NCBI GenBank assembly: GCA_965153285.1
Contig: OZ229114.1
DNA: 64,000 nt
Strand: one strand, 5' to 3'
Source: Podarcis tiliguerta
Lineage: Eukaryota
Shown here: positions 48,684 to 61,710 of the stretch, piece after piece
How the letters are laid out: every line of letters begins with the position of its first letter
Position numbering within the stretch: the stretch's first letter is position 1
The notes under the pieces: model-generated
Databases searched by the model: none
Seen by the model: the letters and a program-made list of their open reading frames with translations, nothing else
What the model was told of the DNA's origin: nothing
Position numbers and translations under genes: made by a program

Positions 48684-49551
48684 CTAATAAAACATTTTAA
48701 TGGAGAAGTGTAAGAAAGCACTGTAGCATGAAAGGCATGAAATTCTCAACCAAGACATAGTGGCATCTCTCGGAAACAAACTTGTCCATCATGTTGAGCA
48801 CCAAACGCTTTAATAGCCACTATCACATTTCAACACAGACATCTACCCTGGCAGTATTGTAAACATTAAAGTATAATTACAAATGTCTTAATAAGTCATA
48901 GGTGATTCTTTGTTTTATTTTGTTACCAGGCAGCATAAAATAGGCTCCATTGATATGCTGACCAGGCAGCCTTTATGCTGAGGCCATGTTTTAGTTAAGA
49001 GGACCACCACTGTGTTGACAATGGCATTTAGAAAGATCTAAGATTGTTTTCCATATTTAAAACACGTACTCCCAAGCATGCTTGACTTGACTTTTATTTA
49101 TTATTTATTAAAAAGTATTTCTAAGCTACTTAGGATTTAAAAATGGTGCATGCACAAAGTATAAACCAACATGAACACTGTAAAACAACATCATAAAAAC
49201 AGAGGTAACAAATGGATCTCTCTTATTTTAGACCTGATCTCTTGGCACTACTAAAACCAGTGCTTACCAAAATGAACCCCCCCCCCATGAAAATATATAA
49301 AATGAAGTCTGTGGGTGGGCGGGAAGCAAAGCTTCACTGACGCGTTTTGAAACAATTGGCGTTGCGGCTCATTCGGGCTTCTTTTATTTAGAGATTAGAA
49401 TAAAGTTGTCAACATGCAGCAAGAGCATTTTTGCCCTCTTCCAGATATAGCTTTCCTGAGTTATAGCCAATGAGGCTCCATCTCTTTATGCTCCTTCATT
49501 AATAAAGCTTGTGCACTCAATTCTCCCTATTCATTCCATTATGTAGACGAA

Positions 49552-49573
49552 TGAACTGTGACCTTGAAGGTCA
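49552..49573. promoter_or_regulatory. Candidate composite nuclear receptor element in ARID5B intron 9
   Basis: TGAACTgTGACCTtgaAGGTCA: three RGKTCA half-sites (DR1 plus ERR/SF1-type TCAAGGTCA). Confidence 0.4.
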
Positions 49574-50116
49574 TTAGAGTGCTCCATCTGTGATACAGCT
49601 GACTGACAACCCTTTTCAAAATTACTGTCATTCTCTTGCGGCATGCCTCTTAGTAGAAGGCAGTCATAAAGCAGCGACGTTGTCTGAGCTCTTCTATTAT
49701 TATTGTTAACACCCCCCACCCCACCCGCTTCTCTCTTTCTCAGCTGTAAAGAGGAGGCATCGGGAAAGTTATTATCTAAATGCTGCATTAGAGGGCGTCA
49801 TGTGAGAGATGGATGCAAGGCAGCCAATGCATCACAATCTTCTCCAAGATTTACGTCTTTGCAGATGCTTTTAAATTTTCCTATGTGTTGGGTTTTTCTA
49901 TTTCCTATTAGTTAAAGTGTCCGTTACTCATTGTGACTGCTTCCATAATTTTTTCCGCAAAGAAACTCAAAGTAAAAGATGCCTTTTGCAGTCCAAATAT
50001 CATCATTAGCCCTTTTGCGAAAATTCTAACATTGGCCTCCAGAGCTTATACAATTACAGGAAAATACCAGACAGATGAGCAAAGCAGACGGAGAAAAACT
50101 GATAGTTAATAACTGG

Positions 50117-50142
<26 letters not shown>
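50117..50142. repeat. (CT)n microsatellite
   Basis: Read directly. Confidence 0.95.
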
Positions 50143-50147
<5 letters not shown>

Positions 50148-51059
50148 TGGTTGGGCAACACTTTGATAGGAGCTTGCAGTTGTGCTAGAGCAGCATGTAC
50201 GAGAGGAATAATAATATTTCATCTTGTACTCAGTTACAGCCATCATAACAAAACAGAGTCAAATGTAATGCTAAACTGAACTGTAACCAATTAACAGCGT
50301 GCTCACACAAACAGTTATGAGTCATTACAAGATAGCTTTCTCCCTCATTGTTCACACTGAAAAACATTTCTTGAAAAATATTTGAAAGTGCATATTTCTC
50401 AGGATGTGTCAAGTTAAAAATCTTACCACTTGGAGTCCTTTTGCAGGATTATTTTAAATGGGAACTATTCACATATTTGCAGAAACATGAAGCCTGAAGG
50501 CAGATCATAATCAAGAGAGATGTATGGTTATTATTTCAACATGCACACTGGGTTCTTTTGACTGTTTTCAGCCTAATAAAAACTTCAGGCACAGCACTGA
50601 AAACTGATTTCAAAACCCAGGGCAGTTAAGTTGGGTAAGTTACCATTTCATAGATTGATGGGCCGGGGCATGACATTTTGGGTTACTTGAAATGACTGGT
50701 GGCCACTGTGGATGAGGGCTCAGCTTACATTTGCCACCTCTGAAAACCATCTGAGGAGGGTGTTGCAGGGAAGCTGCTGCATGGCTGGTGAGAGGCCCTT
50801 CAGCCAGTCCACAACCTGGTTGGTTACTGGTGCCTGGCCTGGGATTGCCGCCTGCTAAGTTTTAAAACAGCCTTAGTGAATCAGGCTTTCACAAGACACA
50901 AAAGCTATTACTACATACAGGTAGCCCAGCTTCCTGGTAAACTGGTATGCTGAAGCTGGTTAGATAGGGCAGAGCTGCAGGATGTTGGATGTATGCATCA
51001 GAAATTCACACAAACACACACATATGGTAGGACTGCAATGATCAGCCAATAGCTTAGAT

Positions 51060-51315
51060 CAGGCATGTCCAGTTCCCAAGAGACTGTGATCTATTCCCAG
51101 TATAAAAAAACTGGCAGTGATCTACCCATTGGAGGGAGGAGGAACGTGCGTGGGGTGGATGGATTGCCCAGAGTTGTTGATCTTTTGGGGGGAGGATTGC
51201 ACAGAGTTTTTTAGCTTTTCCCTGTAACTTTTTGTGCACAATAAGGATCCCGCGATCTACCAGGATCAGCCAGGGATCTACCAGTAGATCGTAATCTACT
51301 GGTTGGACACCCCTG
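51060..51315. mobile_element. hAT MITE
   Basis: CAGGCATGTCCA...TGGACACCCCTG; 8-bp TSD GCTTAGAT/GCTTAGAC; internal GATCTAC repeats. Confidence 0.88.
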
Positions 51316-53588
51316 GCTTAGACGAAGTGGCCAAAAATGTGTCCCTGGCTAATCAGGAAAGGCAGTTTTTATCACGCTAATAATTAATCAATTGAATTTT
51401 CATAAATTTGTTATGTTTCTGAAGAAACATAGACTACTCTTCTTCTCCTTAGATGATACATGCATGTTTGTATGCAGCAGGGCATCATCTTATAAGAGAA
51501 TGCAGGGCTTTTCAGTCCCCAGAAAGTCCAAAATGGCCAAGATGGGGGGGGGGACCTGCATTTGAAGTGGGGGGAAAGGTGTGAGTCCACATTTGCCCCA
51601 GTGTGGGCAAGACCTAAGTCCCCCTGAAAGCAATAAGTGGATTGTGACTAACATAAGTCTCAGGGATTGCCATGAGATTGCTTGCACTTAATTTGTGTGG
51701 GTTTTGTGCCCACTCTCTTTAATAACTTTCCATATTACCCCAACCAACATTAACTACGAAAGACCTGCAAATGCCACTACTCCCCCCTCTCTGGCTTACA
51801 AATTAGTCGGCTTACCAGTCCCCTGCCCCAAATCCCAAAATAATGTTGCACCCCACAAACAAATATTTCTTATTTAAAAGATTTACACCCGCTTTTCCCC
51901 ACCACAAAGGAGTCGCTCTAAACGGCTTACAAATAAACTGCAAACATAAACGCAGCAATGATCCAATTCAGTTCCCCAACCTAAGAGGCACAACAAAAGC
52001 GGAATAGTTTTTACATGGTGCTTTCATATGTGAGGGAAAGAGGAATTATATTTTTCAAACTTATGAAAAATGATTTGCTTAAAAGCCTTCTGAGGTCCCT
52101 CATACATTTGTGAGAATTTGATATCAAGAACATCCAACATTACTGACTGACGGGAGAAAAGAATTACACTGCTATGTTCTTGCAGTCGGAAGCCCACATA
52201 ATTGCATTTTGTGTTGTGCACTTTCTACTCTCCATCTGAGAACTTGACCTGCGACTCACATAAAAAATAACTGCAGTTTAAGTCGCAGGAAATTTGAGAT
52301 ACTAAACAACAAAAGCAAGGAAGTTCAAAGTTTAGATTGACACTCCATCGCTGGCTTGTTACGTTGTGCTTAGCTTCTATTGCAGCACATATGGTATGTA
52401 ACATAACTCGCTGATCCAAACTCCCTGCAATAAATAACAAGGCACAAAGGGATGAACAAGGAATGGAATGCTAGACTTAACTTGTATTTCCTTGCTTTTG
52501 GCAATTTCTGTTGCAATCTAGCAGTTGCTTAAACAGAGACTGCATGCCCTCTTTTATGTATATTTTAATAAAGATTGTGCCTTTTCAAAATATGTCTCAG
52601 TTTACAATTAATTTTTTTTTAAAGGAGCAGGGGTGGGTGAGGGAAATGCTCCAAAGGAGCTATTGCAAAGACTGTGGTTGTATTAAAAATATATTCTAAC
52701 CCAGGCTTTGGAGGTCAAGTCCATGGAAATAACAGAAAAGGAGAACCAATATGAAAGACGCTAAAGAGTTTTGGCCCAAACAGGCCTTCCAAAGTGGCTT
52801 TTCTACAAAAAAACAATGAACAATTGACATTATCACCTTCCTTAAAGAAAACTCTAAACAATTTTTATTTTACCATGTGATTGGTTATGGTAGAAATATC
52901 CCTGAGTAAGGCCCATTTGGGCCAAGATACACCGGACAATAATAAAAAGTGCATTACTCTCAAGCGTCTTTGAGCCTGGTTCTCCTCTTGCCATTTCCAT
53001 TGGATACTTCCTGGTTCTTCTGTGTGGAAGGCATGGGAGGCTGTAAGACATTACCAGCCACACGGCACACACACCCCACAACCGCCCATGTACCACATGT
53101 ACTGACGACCTTTCCAGAGGTGGCATCTCTGTCATCGCTTCCATGCCCTCCACAATCACACAAGTCAAATCACCATCAGTTATACTTCAGTCCTTCTGAG
53201 TAAACTAAGGACCTTTCCCGCTACATTATTCTTAATGTTAAGATGTTTGAAATGAACAAAGTATGTACATATAACTTCAGAATTCTTAGCTGCATATTAC
53301 GAGAGACCTGGGGAATACCAACCCGGGTTCTGCAGAAAAGCATGCGACTTTTACACGGACACATAATGGGTTCTGTGCACACTGGAGCACATAGGTATAC
53401 GCTCTTGTGTCTTTTTAGGCCCTGAAGACGCCATGTCAGTAAAAAGGGACATGTGGCCCGGTCCCGAAAGAGGATTTGTTTGCGTGAGCCCTGGTTCAAA
53501 ACATGATTTCTGGACATTATGCGATCAAAGCAGCACCTGCAGAATGAAAAAGTTAATGAAAAGAAGAAAGCGGGGAAAGGAAACTAAC

Positions 53589-53787
53589 CTCGGGTGCATC
53601 CTGGGGTTTCTGTGCATTGTCTTTTTCTTTCTTGCTCTTTTGGTGTTCATTTCTGATGCGTTTTGTTCCAGACAATTTTATCTTACTTTCCCCCTCCTGG
53701 GCGACATTATCTTGTTTTCGAGGTTTCACAGGAGGCAGTGGCTTATCTTCTTCTCCTTTAATAAATCTCTCATACGGCAGGATTAAT
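53589..53787 (-). CDS. ARID5B: ARID5B exon 9 (end of ARID domain)
   Basis: ttctttag|A TTA ATC...GAG|gttagt; 199 bp; (R)LILPYERFIKGEEDKPLPPVKPRKQDN...KSKKEKDNAQKPQDAPE; phase 0 junction fits the last exon. Confidence 0.97.
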
Positions 53788-56495
53788 CTAAAGAACGAAT
53801 AATTGATCAGTTCTAGAAGTTCTCACCCAAAAGACCAAAATAAAATAAAAGGAACGGCTGTAAGAAGTTCATTGTTAAAAACTGTTTTTTGAAAGAAAGA
53901 AAAAACCACTCAAAACTAGAAGTCAAAGATGTGCAGTTGGATTTGGAAGCTGTTTCTTCTTCTCAAACTGCTGCTGAATCAAATTATTTCCTCTGTCTTT
54001 CACACATTTTGCAACCACAAAGCTGAGCTTGCCAACCTCTCAGATGATACACACTTTCCCAAACATCTGTAATATTCACACTTTACATGTTTATGTCTTT
54101 ATGTGTAAACCTAAAAAATGGAATGGTTCTGATTCACTTCAATTTATTTGTGACCAGGTCCTATTGAAACTTACAGGTTAGCTGATACTAAATTAAGTCA
54201 CATAAGTTCAATTTAGTCTGCACTCCAATTCACACTTTCCTGGAAGTCGGTCTCATTAAAGTTACTTCTGAGTACACATCTATAGGATTGCAGTGTTAGT
54301 CATAAGTAACTTTAGCTGGATCAGGTCCAACAAGTGACAACAAGCAGAACATTTTTTTAAAAAATCCATTGAGATAAATGAGATTATGAAGCCAAATGGA
54401 GTCGCTGGAGATGAGCTGCGTATCTCCCCCACTACTTTAAATTGATTTTAATGGAAATACTTTGTATTTAGTTCTTTGGCCTGTTTAAACAGCAACCAAC
54501 TTGAGTTGGTTGAGAATTCCCGACAGCAGTGCCATATATACCCTGGAAGTACTGAAGTACAGAAAATAGCAAATAATCCCAACTGGAACCTCAGGGTGGA
54601 TTGCGGTGTGAACAGGCCTTAAGGAACCTCACATGGGTCAGCTCAGGTCTTGGGTCTGAAGTCCTTAAATCTGCCTCCAAAACAGCGCAGACTAGACATG
54701 CTAGCTCCCTTCCAACCATTGTCTCTAGATGCCTCTTGCCTTCTCTGCAATCCCCAGAGGGCTTTCCCATAACTATTTGGATTCTCAGAGCTACCTGCGT
54801 AAGTCAGAAGCTAGAGGAGCAGAGTGCAATGGGAAGGGGTGAAGACAAAACTCAGCCCAGCAGGGTTGCACATATAATCCAAGAAGCTGGGGAGGAGGGA
54901 TGTGGCCAATTCCACCACCAAACATCAGCATATTCTGGGCTGTATCATCTTGTATCCTGTGGGCAAGATATGGTTCCATCAGAAGATGGAGCAGTCTTCT
55001 CCAGCATGTTTTGCCCTCCATATGTTGTTGGACTACAGTTCCTATCATGCCTGGCCCCTGGGCATGACTGTGGCTGACGGGAACTGTAGTCCAACTGGTA
55101 TAGAAACCTTGTACTAGCATAGATTTCCTCCTCTTCTTTTTTAGGACTCTAGGGGAATGTCATAAGGGCCCATTTTGTGAGCCAGAAGATTCCTCATTCT
55201 CTAGGGAAAGGGGGAAAAGGGCAAGCAGTGTCTACCAGGTGGTAGTTGGCACAGTGGGCAGGAACAAAAACGATTTTAAGAGACAATTAGAGAATTTTAA
55301 TTACCGAGTTTTGTCTTTCAAACCATGGAAAAATTGATTGGGGGAGGAGACAGAGATGCTTCAATCTGATTCCCCGCCCCCCCTCCACAGAGTGCCTCTT
55401 GAAATGAGGGTAAATAAGCAGTCTTATTAAAAAGAATGGATTGGCTTACAATCTGAGTTTCAGCTCCAGTGATTAAAGTTCTTATAATGCATTAAACATG
55501 ATTAATGAATGACTCATAGCAGGAATAATGCAAGACTCCGACTTTTAAAAATATGAACTTTGGTATGGCAAACATTTTTTTTTTAAAAAAACCCACACAC
55601 AATAGGTATCTGTCGAAGAAAATGGACGTTGCTTTTTAAACAGCATTAATCTGTTCAAATATCAGACTTCTTTAATTATAGCTTAATCTAAGAGTTCAAG
55701 ATAGAAAACTCTTTTTGTTCAGGCACAGATTTTTTTTGTTATTCCAGAATCAGCTCCAAGCCATCCAGTTTTAATTTAGATGTTCAAACACAGTTTGGCT
55801 TCAAGAGAGCCGGGATTAGCTTGCTTGCGATGATAGTATTTCACATTTTAATAAAATACAACATAAATTATGTTAAAAAGTAAACCTCATTTATGCCATA
55901 TTAGAAACAAAATTCATGAACTGAGCATGCTCTGACATGGGTATGTGCAGAGAGGCGTGAATAATACTTTTGAGCCCTGAATTTGGCAGCTGGCCAGTAA
56001 TGAAGCTCAAGCAATGCCCAAGGGGGATGCAGGTCCTCAGATCCCATTACAAACTGAGTTTAAACATGTTACAGCTGCTAAAACTGAAAACAGCTCTCTC
56101 TATGCAGGCTTAGCAAAATAATACGGACTTTGCCAAATACTTGCTTCCCACTGTAACATTACGGTTAATGTTTATGTAATAAAAAAAGAAGCATAACAAG
56201 GCAGAATAAAAAAAAGGGGGGGGGAGAGAGAAAGAAATACAATCTTGTTCATACTTGAGGCTGCTAAATTTCATTTGTAACAAGCACAAAATATTCAAGG
56301 CACCCTTGAACATCTTTCGCCGTGCCTGGGACTTGAAGCAAGAGGAGGCGAGGTTGGGTTTCATCCAGAGCAATATTTATATCTTTTTCTGCCATGTGTT
56401 AAATATTTAAAGAATCAGATTTAACCAAAATACTTTTTTTTTTTTTGGTGGCAATAGTTGTTAACACTGCAGAAAGGATTGTTTGACTTTGTTTG

Positions 56496-56509
56496 GTTGC
56501 CATGGGAAC
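56496..56509. promoter_or_regulatory. Candidate RFX X-box in ARID5B intron 8
   Basis: GTTGCCATGGGAAC, 13/14 match to GTTGCCATGGCAAC. Confidence 0.35.
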
Positions 56510-57429
56510 AGGCAGCCCATTTGAAATCTACATATTTCGTCGGTAAATGTTTCAAAAGCTGCTCATAGCTTTAAAATTAGAGGATGATACTCTGCCACCA
56601 CTAGGCCTTTTAAATAAAATATTCTGTGTGATTATCCTGGCGGTTAAAGCAGAAACAGGACAAAGGCCAGCCCTGATAAGATTAATCACTGTTAGCACTC
56701 TTTCTGAGAAACCCTTTTGTGTCAGTTTTAAATTTGACCACCAAAAAGACAACAGCATCCTGCCTCTTTGTTGCCATATAAATCCCTGGAACTCATTAGG
56801 TCAGAGGATAATTAGGAGTCATGACTGATGAGAGTTCAACGTTACAGGAGGACGGGCCTGCTGTTTCCATTTTTGCGATTTTGTTTTTTTCACTGAGCTC
56901 AGCAGTTGGCAGAGGCTACAGTGGCAAAAATACATTTCACATAGCTGGTCAAATGCCTAGCGCCAACAGCAGGAAATTTGGAATTAAATGTTTCTTGTAT
57001 CTGGAGAGAGGCATGACTAAGGTAAAAATTGAATCAAAACACAAGGACGGCTTGTTCTACTTGTAGCAGCTCCCCAACCCTGAACAGAAAATTCTAATGC
57101 AATGCTATTTCTCTACAGTAACGAGATGGGGTTGTTGGTTTTGGGTTTTTTTAAGCAAAGTAAAAGAAAAAAAAAAAGCATAGAGCTTAGGAGGATTAAA
57201 ATGAAGCCTAACGCTATGAACAATTGCAAGTTGACAGAGAGGTTTCCATTTGCTAGAATTTTCACTCTGTGGTCCCCCCACCCTTCCCTGCCTTCAGTTG
57301 CCCTGTCACGGTACAACACAATTACCCGCAGGATGTGATCTTATCATTTGATTATTAGAAGCTGTTATAGTACAAGGGAAATAAAGCTGGTGGAACATTC
57401 AAACCTTCAGCTAACATACTATTAGAACA

Positions 57430-57430
<1 letters not shown>

Positions 57431-57469
<39 letters not shown>
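57431..57469. repeat. (CA)n microsatellite
   Basis: Read directly. Confidence 0.95.
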
Positions 57470-57471
<2 letters not shown>

Positions 57472-59476
57472 TATTTAGTCAACTGTAGGTCAATATTCTC
57501 CAAATCAGGCAGAATATGATTCTCTGCTTTAAAACTTCCCCCACAGAATGCAACACGCTTGAAATGAGCAGCTCAATTTTGTGCTAAATAGCTGTCGCTT
57601 AGGCGATTTAAATCAACCTCGGTGCAAGATAAAAGAAGGTGTTTCGCAAATATTAACAGAAAAACCGAACCACAATCCGTATAAACCCTCATGTACAAAA
57701 AAATAAAAATAAATTAGACTTTGAAAGAGTTTTCAGTGTCAGATGTTGGGGGAAGAGTTTCTGTATTCGTAAGAAGCAATCTTGCCGGAAAGCCTAAGAA
57801 TGAGGATGTGGGTTTAACCATCGCTGTTGTTGTTGTTACGCATAAGAATATCATCAATATGCATTCTGCTTTGCGGAGTTTCATAAGCAAAAAGAAAAGA
57901 AAGGCAGATTTCTGCCCTCAAGGAGATTACAGTCTAAATTTTGAGAAGAGGAAGACTACAGAGGAAACACAGAGGAGGGGAGTACACAGTAAGAGGAGGG
58001 CATTTACTTCCACGTAACCCAGGGTTTGGGTTTGCAGGGCGGGGGTGGAACATGCCTTTATTATGAACGCAATGCCTACATTCAGATTAATAAAATGCAT
58101 TATTTATAGGATAATTAACATAACGAGAATGTGTAAGCAGTAGCGTATTAAAGAACAATCCTTCTGCAGGCAGCAGATTTCTGAACAGCACGGGGCTATT
58201 TTTTCCACTGGAATAATACAAGAATAACATTTTCCAGCCCAGAGCAGAAACAGTAGGGAAGTCTTTGCCATCAACTGAGCTTCTGATTAAATTCAATGAC
58301 TATGAAAAGCAAGATTATCCTTTTAAAAAAAATAAATAAAGGCAACTTAAAAATCAATACGAGCTGGATGAACAAATCAGTGTTTTATTAATCCCGACAC
58401 AATCAGAGATACATTACATTTAATTGTGGGTACTCCCCCCCCCTTTTAGCGGGGGTGGGGGGAGGAGAAAGATTTTGCTTGGCTAAATGTTGAATTAAAT
58501 ACTAGTGCCTAGTATTCTGAGTTTTTAGCTTTCAGCATCCTCTGATGTAATGAAAAATTCAATGTACTTCTCCACAGCAGAAGTCAGAGGTCATCAAATC
58601 TATTACAGTAATGTAAGTAATCTGGCTTTCTGCCAGCCTTTAAAAAAAAGGGGGGGGGAGAACCATGGAGGCAGATAATTTTATATTTACAAATTCTAAA
58701 ATCCTCTGGGGATTTTGTCTCATCTCCAACAAAAGGCAGAAACTTCACATTAGAAAAATGTATTTTACAGCATGTCAAACATGTCTTCATCATTAGTATT
58801 TCATAAAAGGCATTAACCACACAACTCTTATCCTTCATTAGCCAACATTCTTATCCTGTGCCATGGGAAAAATGCAACTCAAAATCTTATGCGTGTGTGT
58901 CTTTTTTTAAAAAAAAAAAAAATTAAAGTGATAAGTACTAATGTTTCATATACTGATTAATTCTTGTGCCAAGCAACTACTCTTTTAAGTCCAACTCTAT
59001 TGCGCAGGAAATAGTCGACTGCATCTATTTATAGTAATAAAAATAAAAGGGGTTAGAAGAATAACTCTTGAGGGGGGGAGCATGAAAGGAAAGGAAATCT
59101 GTAGTCAAGGCTGCCAGCTCCATATTTAACTCTTCACTGTGACCGCATTCTTATGCTATGGGAGTGGCGTTCTTCTCGCTTGACTCTGGCCTCACCCCTT
59201 GCTTCTCTGAGTAAGGTAAAAATATAGGAAACACACAGGAAGAACAAGCTCTTGTTGGGAGAACTGGTGTCAATCACAGCAGCCAATACTGAGCAAAACA
59301 GACAAGTGATCAACTCTGACGTGGCAAAAGGCAACTTCCTATGCCAAGGCAATAGCACCCATTTCAACCTCTGACACTGTAATCCCCCGCCCCAACCCCG
59401 CAACCATCCCTGCCTCTCCTGCATGGTTCCTACATTCTTCCATTACTGGAACTGGATGGGATCATAAGTTCTTATG

Positions 59477-59590
59477 ATAGAATCATAGAGCTGGAAGGGG
59501 CTACAAGGATCATGTAGTCCAACCCCCTGCAGTGTAGTAATCTTTCGCCCAACGTGGGGCTCTGTGATTAAGAGTCTCACGCTATACCCG
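59477..59590 (-). mobile_element. tRNA-Lys(CTT)-derived SINE with CR1 3' tail (internally deleted)
   Basis: Minus strand GGTATAGCGTGAGACTCTTAATCACAG-AGCCCCACGTTGGGCG followed by GGGGGTTGGACTACATGATC...CCTTCCAGCTCTATGATTCTAT. Confidence 0.85.
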
Positions 59591-61710
59591 TTTGCGGTAT
59601 TCTGAGATATTGCAGGAAGGACTTAGGGCTCATCCTAAAATCAGGGAGCTATCATGGCCCTGGTTCGGCAAAGGCATGAGGCCAAAAGCCTGCAGCCAGC
59701 TTTTGTGTGAACCCCGCCATCCTTGTTGGTTTGAGGAGGGCCTTTTACCTTTGCCCATTGCTCCCTCCTGTGTATCAAATGATTGGCATTGTTTTTCCTA
59801 TAGCTCCAGCTGTGTCTCTTAGAGTAGCTCCATTTACTTTAGCAAAGTTCACTCTCAGGTAGCTTGGGCTCAAGGATCATGGGTAAAACTACTCATTTTA
59901 CGAGTCAGTTTTCCCCGATTCCTTCTTTTGCTGCCTATGATTGCTGCTGAAAACCTCTTCTCTGTGCAGGTGATCCAAACAGTGGGTATACCTCTCCAAG
60001 GTTAATGTGCAAATGGCCCATGTGCCCATGCTTAGACCAATGGACACATTAGAGACGAAAAATTAGCCTCAAGGACCCAGTTTGTTTTCCATTGACAATG
60101 AATGGCTTTCTTAAGTGATTCAGATCTAAGGGAATACATAATCATCTTTCACGGGAATGATTCAATTGTCACAACACCCTTTTCTTACAGTGACAATAGT
60201 TTGAATTGATAAAAAAGGGGGTGCTAGGAAAATGGCAGAAATTATAGCGTACCAAGCCTTGCTGCAGAATAGCCAAGGTGTACCACACTCTTATCATTAA
60301 AGGAATATTGATAGCAATGTAAGAAATGTAGCCCCCCCAAATCTCTCAAACCAATATTCGAATTCCAGGTGACTCCTGTCTTTGCTAGGTTTCCTTGGTC
60401 AAGATTTCCTCAGTCAGGTCTCTAGAGGAATTTCCACACAAATGAGCTTAAAGCCCACACAAATGAGCTTATCTCCCACAAGCTGTGGGGCAGGATCCAT
60501 TCTAGTCACAACTAATCCAATTGGGCTTGCATGACAGCTACAGGGGTTACATCCACTTTTGTGTCGTAACAGCGAAGTAACTAAACTCCCACAACAACAG
60601 AAATACCTCTTTACTTAGAAACTCCCTGCTATGCTTTCTGTTTGTCAGTTATGGTCTGGACTGGTGTGTGGAAACAATCTAAATCTCAGTCTCAAGTTAC
60701 TTGCCTGCAGAACCAGGTCAGCAACAATCTACTTCATAGGGTTACTGAATTAGAAAAAAAATATCTCCAGTCTCTAAAAAATACAACACAACAAAGAAAC
60801 AAAGGTTTCCAACAGTCTATATGGAACTCGCCAGATATTCCAGAGGTTTTTTTTTTTGGGGGGGGGACAAGAGTTAAAAAGACAATGGTACTAATATGAG
60901 TACACTGATTCATCATTAGCTTCCTCTGAAGCACTTTGAAGAGGCCATTTTCACAAACAAGCTGTGCAGAGCGAAATAGTGGGGGTGGGCAATTCCTTTT
61001 CAGAGGTGAAGTTGCATGATTCTATAAAACAGCAGTACAGGCAGGAAAACGAAACCTGCCTGGTAACCACTGCCCTTTCATGAGTCTTCCTACGATAAAA
61101 ACAAGTTAGTGAAGATCGCCTACAGTGATGGGGACTCTAAGATGATCAAGAAGAATGGTGATGATTAAGAACAGAGCAATAATACTGGCACCTCCATATG
61201 TGTGAATGTTCTGTCTAGGACAGTTTTTCGTGAAGGAGGTTTGCAGCGATAGATGTTGGCCTTTCTTTAGAGCTTCATATTAGTTCCAGCCACTGACCTG
61301 AAAGTATACCACTATTTTAAAGACATTCTATCTTCACAGTACTGCATGAGCTCAAGGGAAGTGCCATTCCATACTGAATCAGGAAAGTAGTAGAATGCAT
61401 TCGTAAACCTACTATTTATAGCTTGCAGCTTGAATCAGGGTAGCACACATTGCAACTGCAAGCCATAACATCAGCAGCGGGTTGATGGGGGTACACACTA
61501 ATGTAGATACTGAATTACTCATGTTCAGTAGGACATGCTAACAGATGGCACATGATATCTCTCCTAATATGCTTCTAACACGGGGGGGGGGGGCAATCAA
61601 AGCTAAGCATTTTTCACTCCCCTTGATTTTGATGGGAATATTTATTGATGCGCTTAACTTTCACACAGAAATCTGTATGCTTTCACACAGAACTTTCACA
61701 CAGAAAGTAT

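Noticed and set aside
52854-53203. Overlapping ORFs in ARID5B intron 9 as a possible extra exon
   Set aside because: No convincing acceptor/donor pair or protein similarity
54601-55120. 158-aa and 109-aa ORFs in ARID5B intron 8
   Set aside because: They run through MITE remnants and have no protein-like features
59546-59590. Apparent tRNA-Lys gene
   Set aside because: It lacks the 5' acceptor strand and the T-arm/B box and is fused to a CR1 tail, so it is a SINE, not a tRNA
60434-60471. Short tandem duplications (CCACACAAATGAGCTTA x2; similar cases at ~24680, ~29945, ~61659)
   Set aside because: Ordinary local slippage duplications
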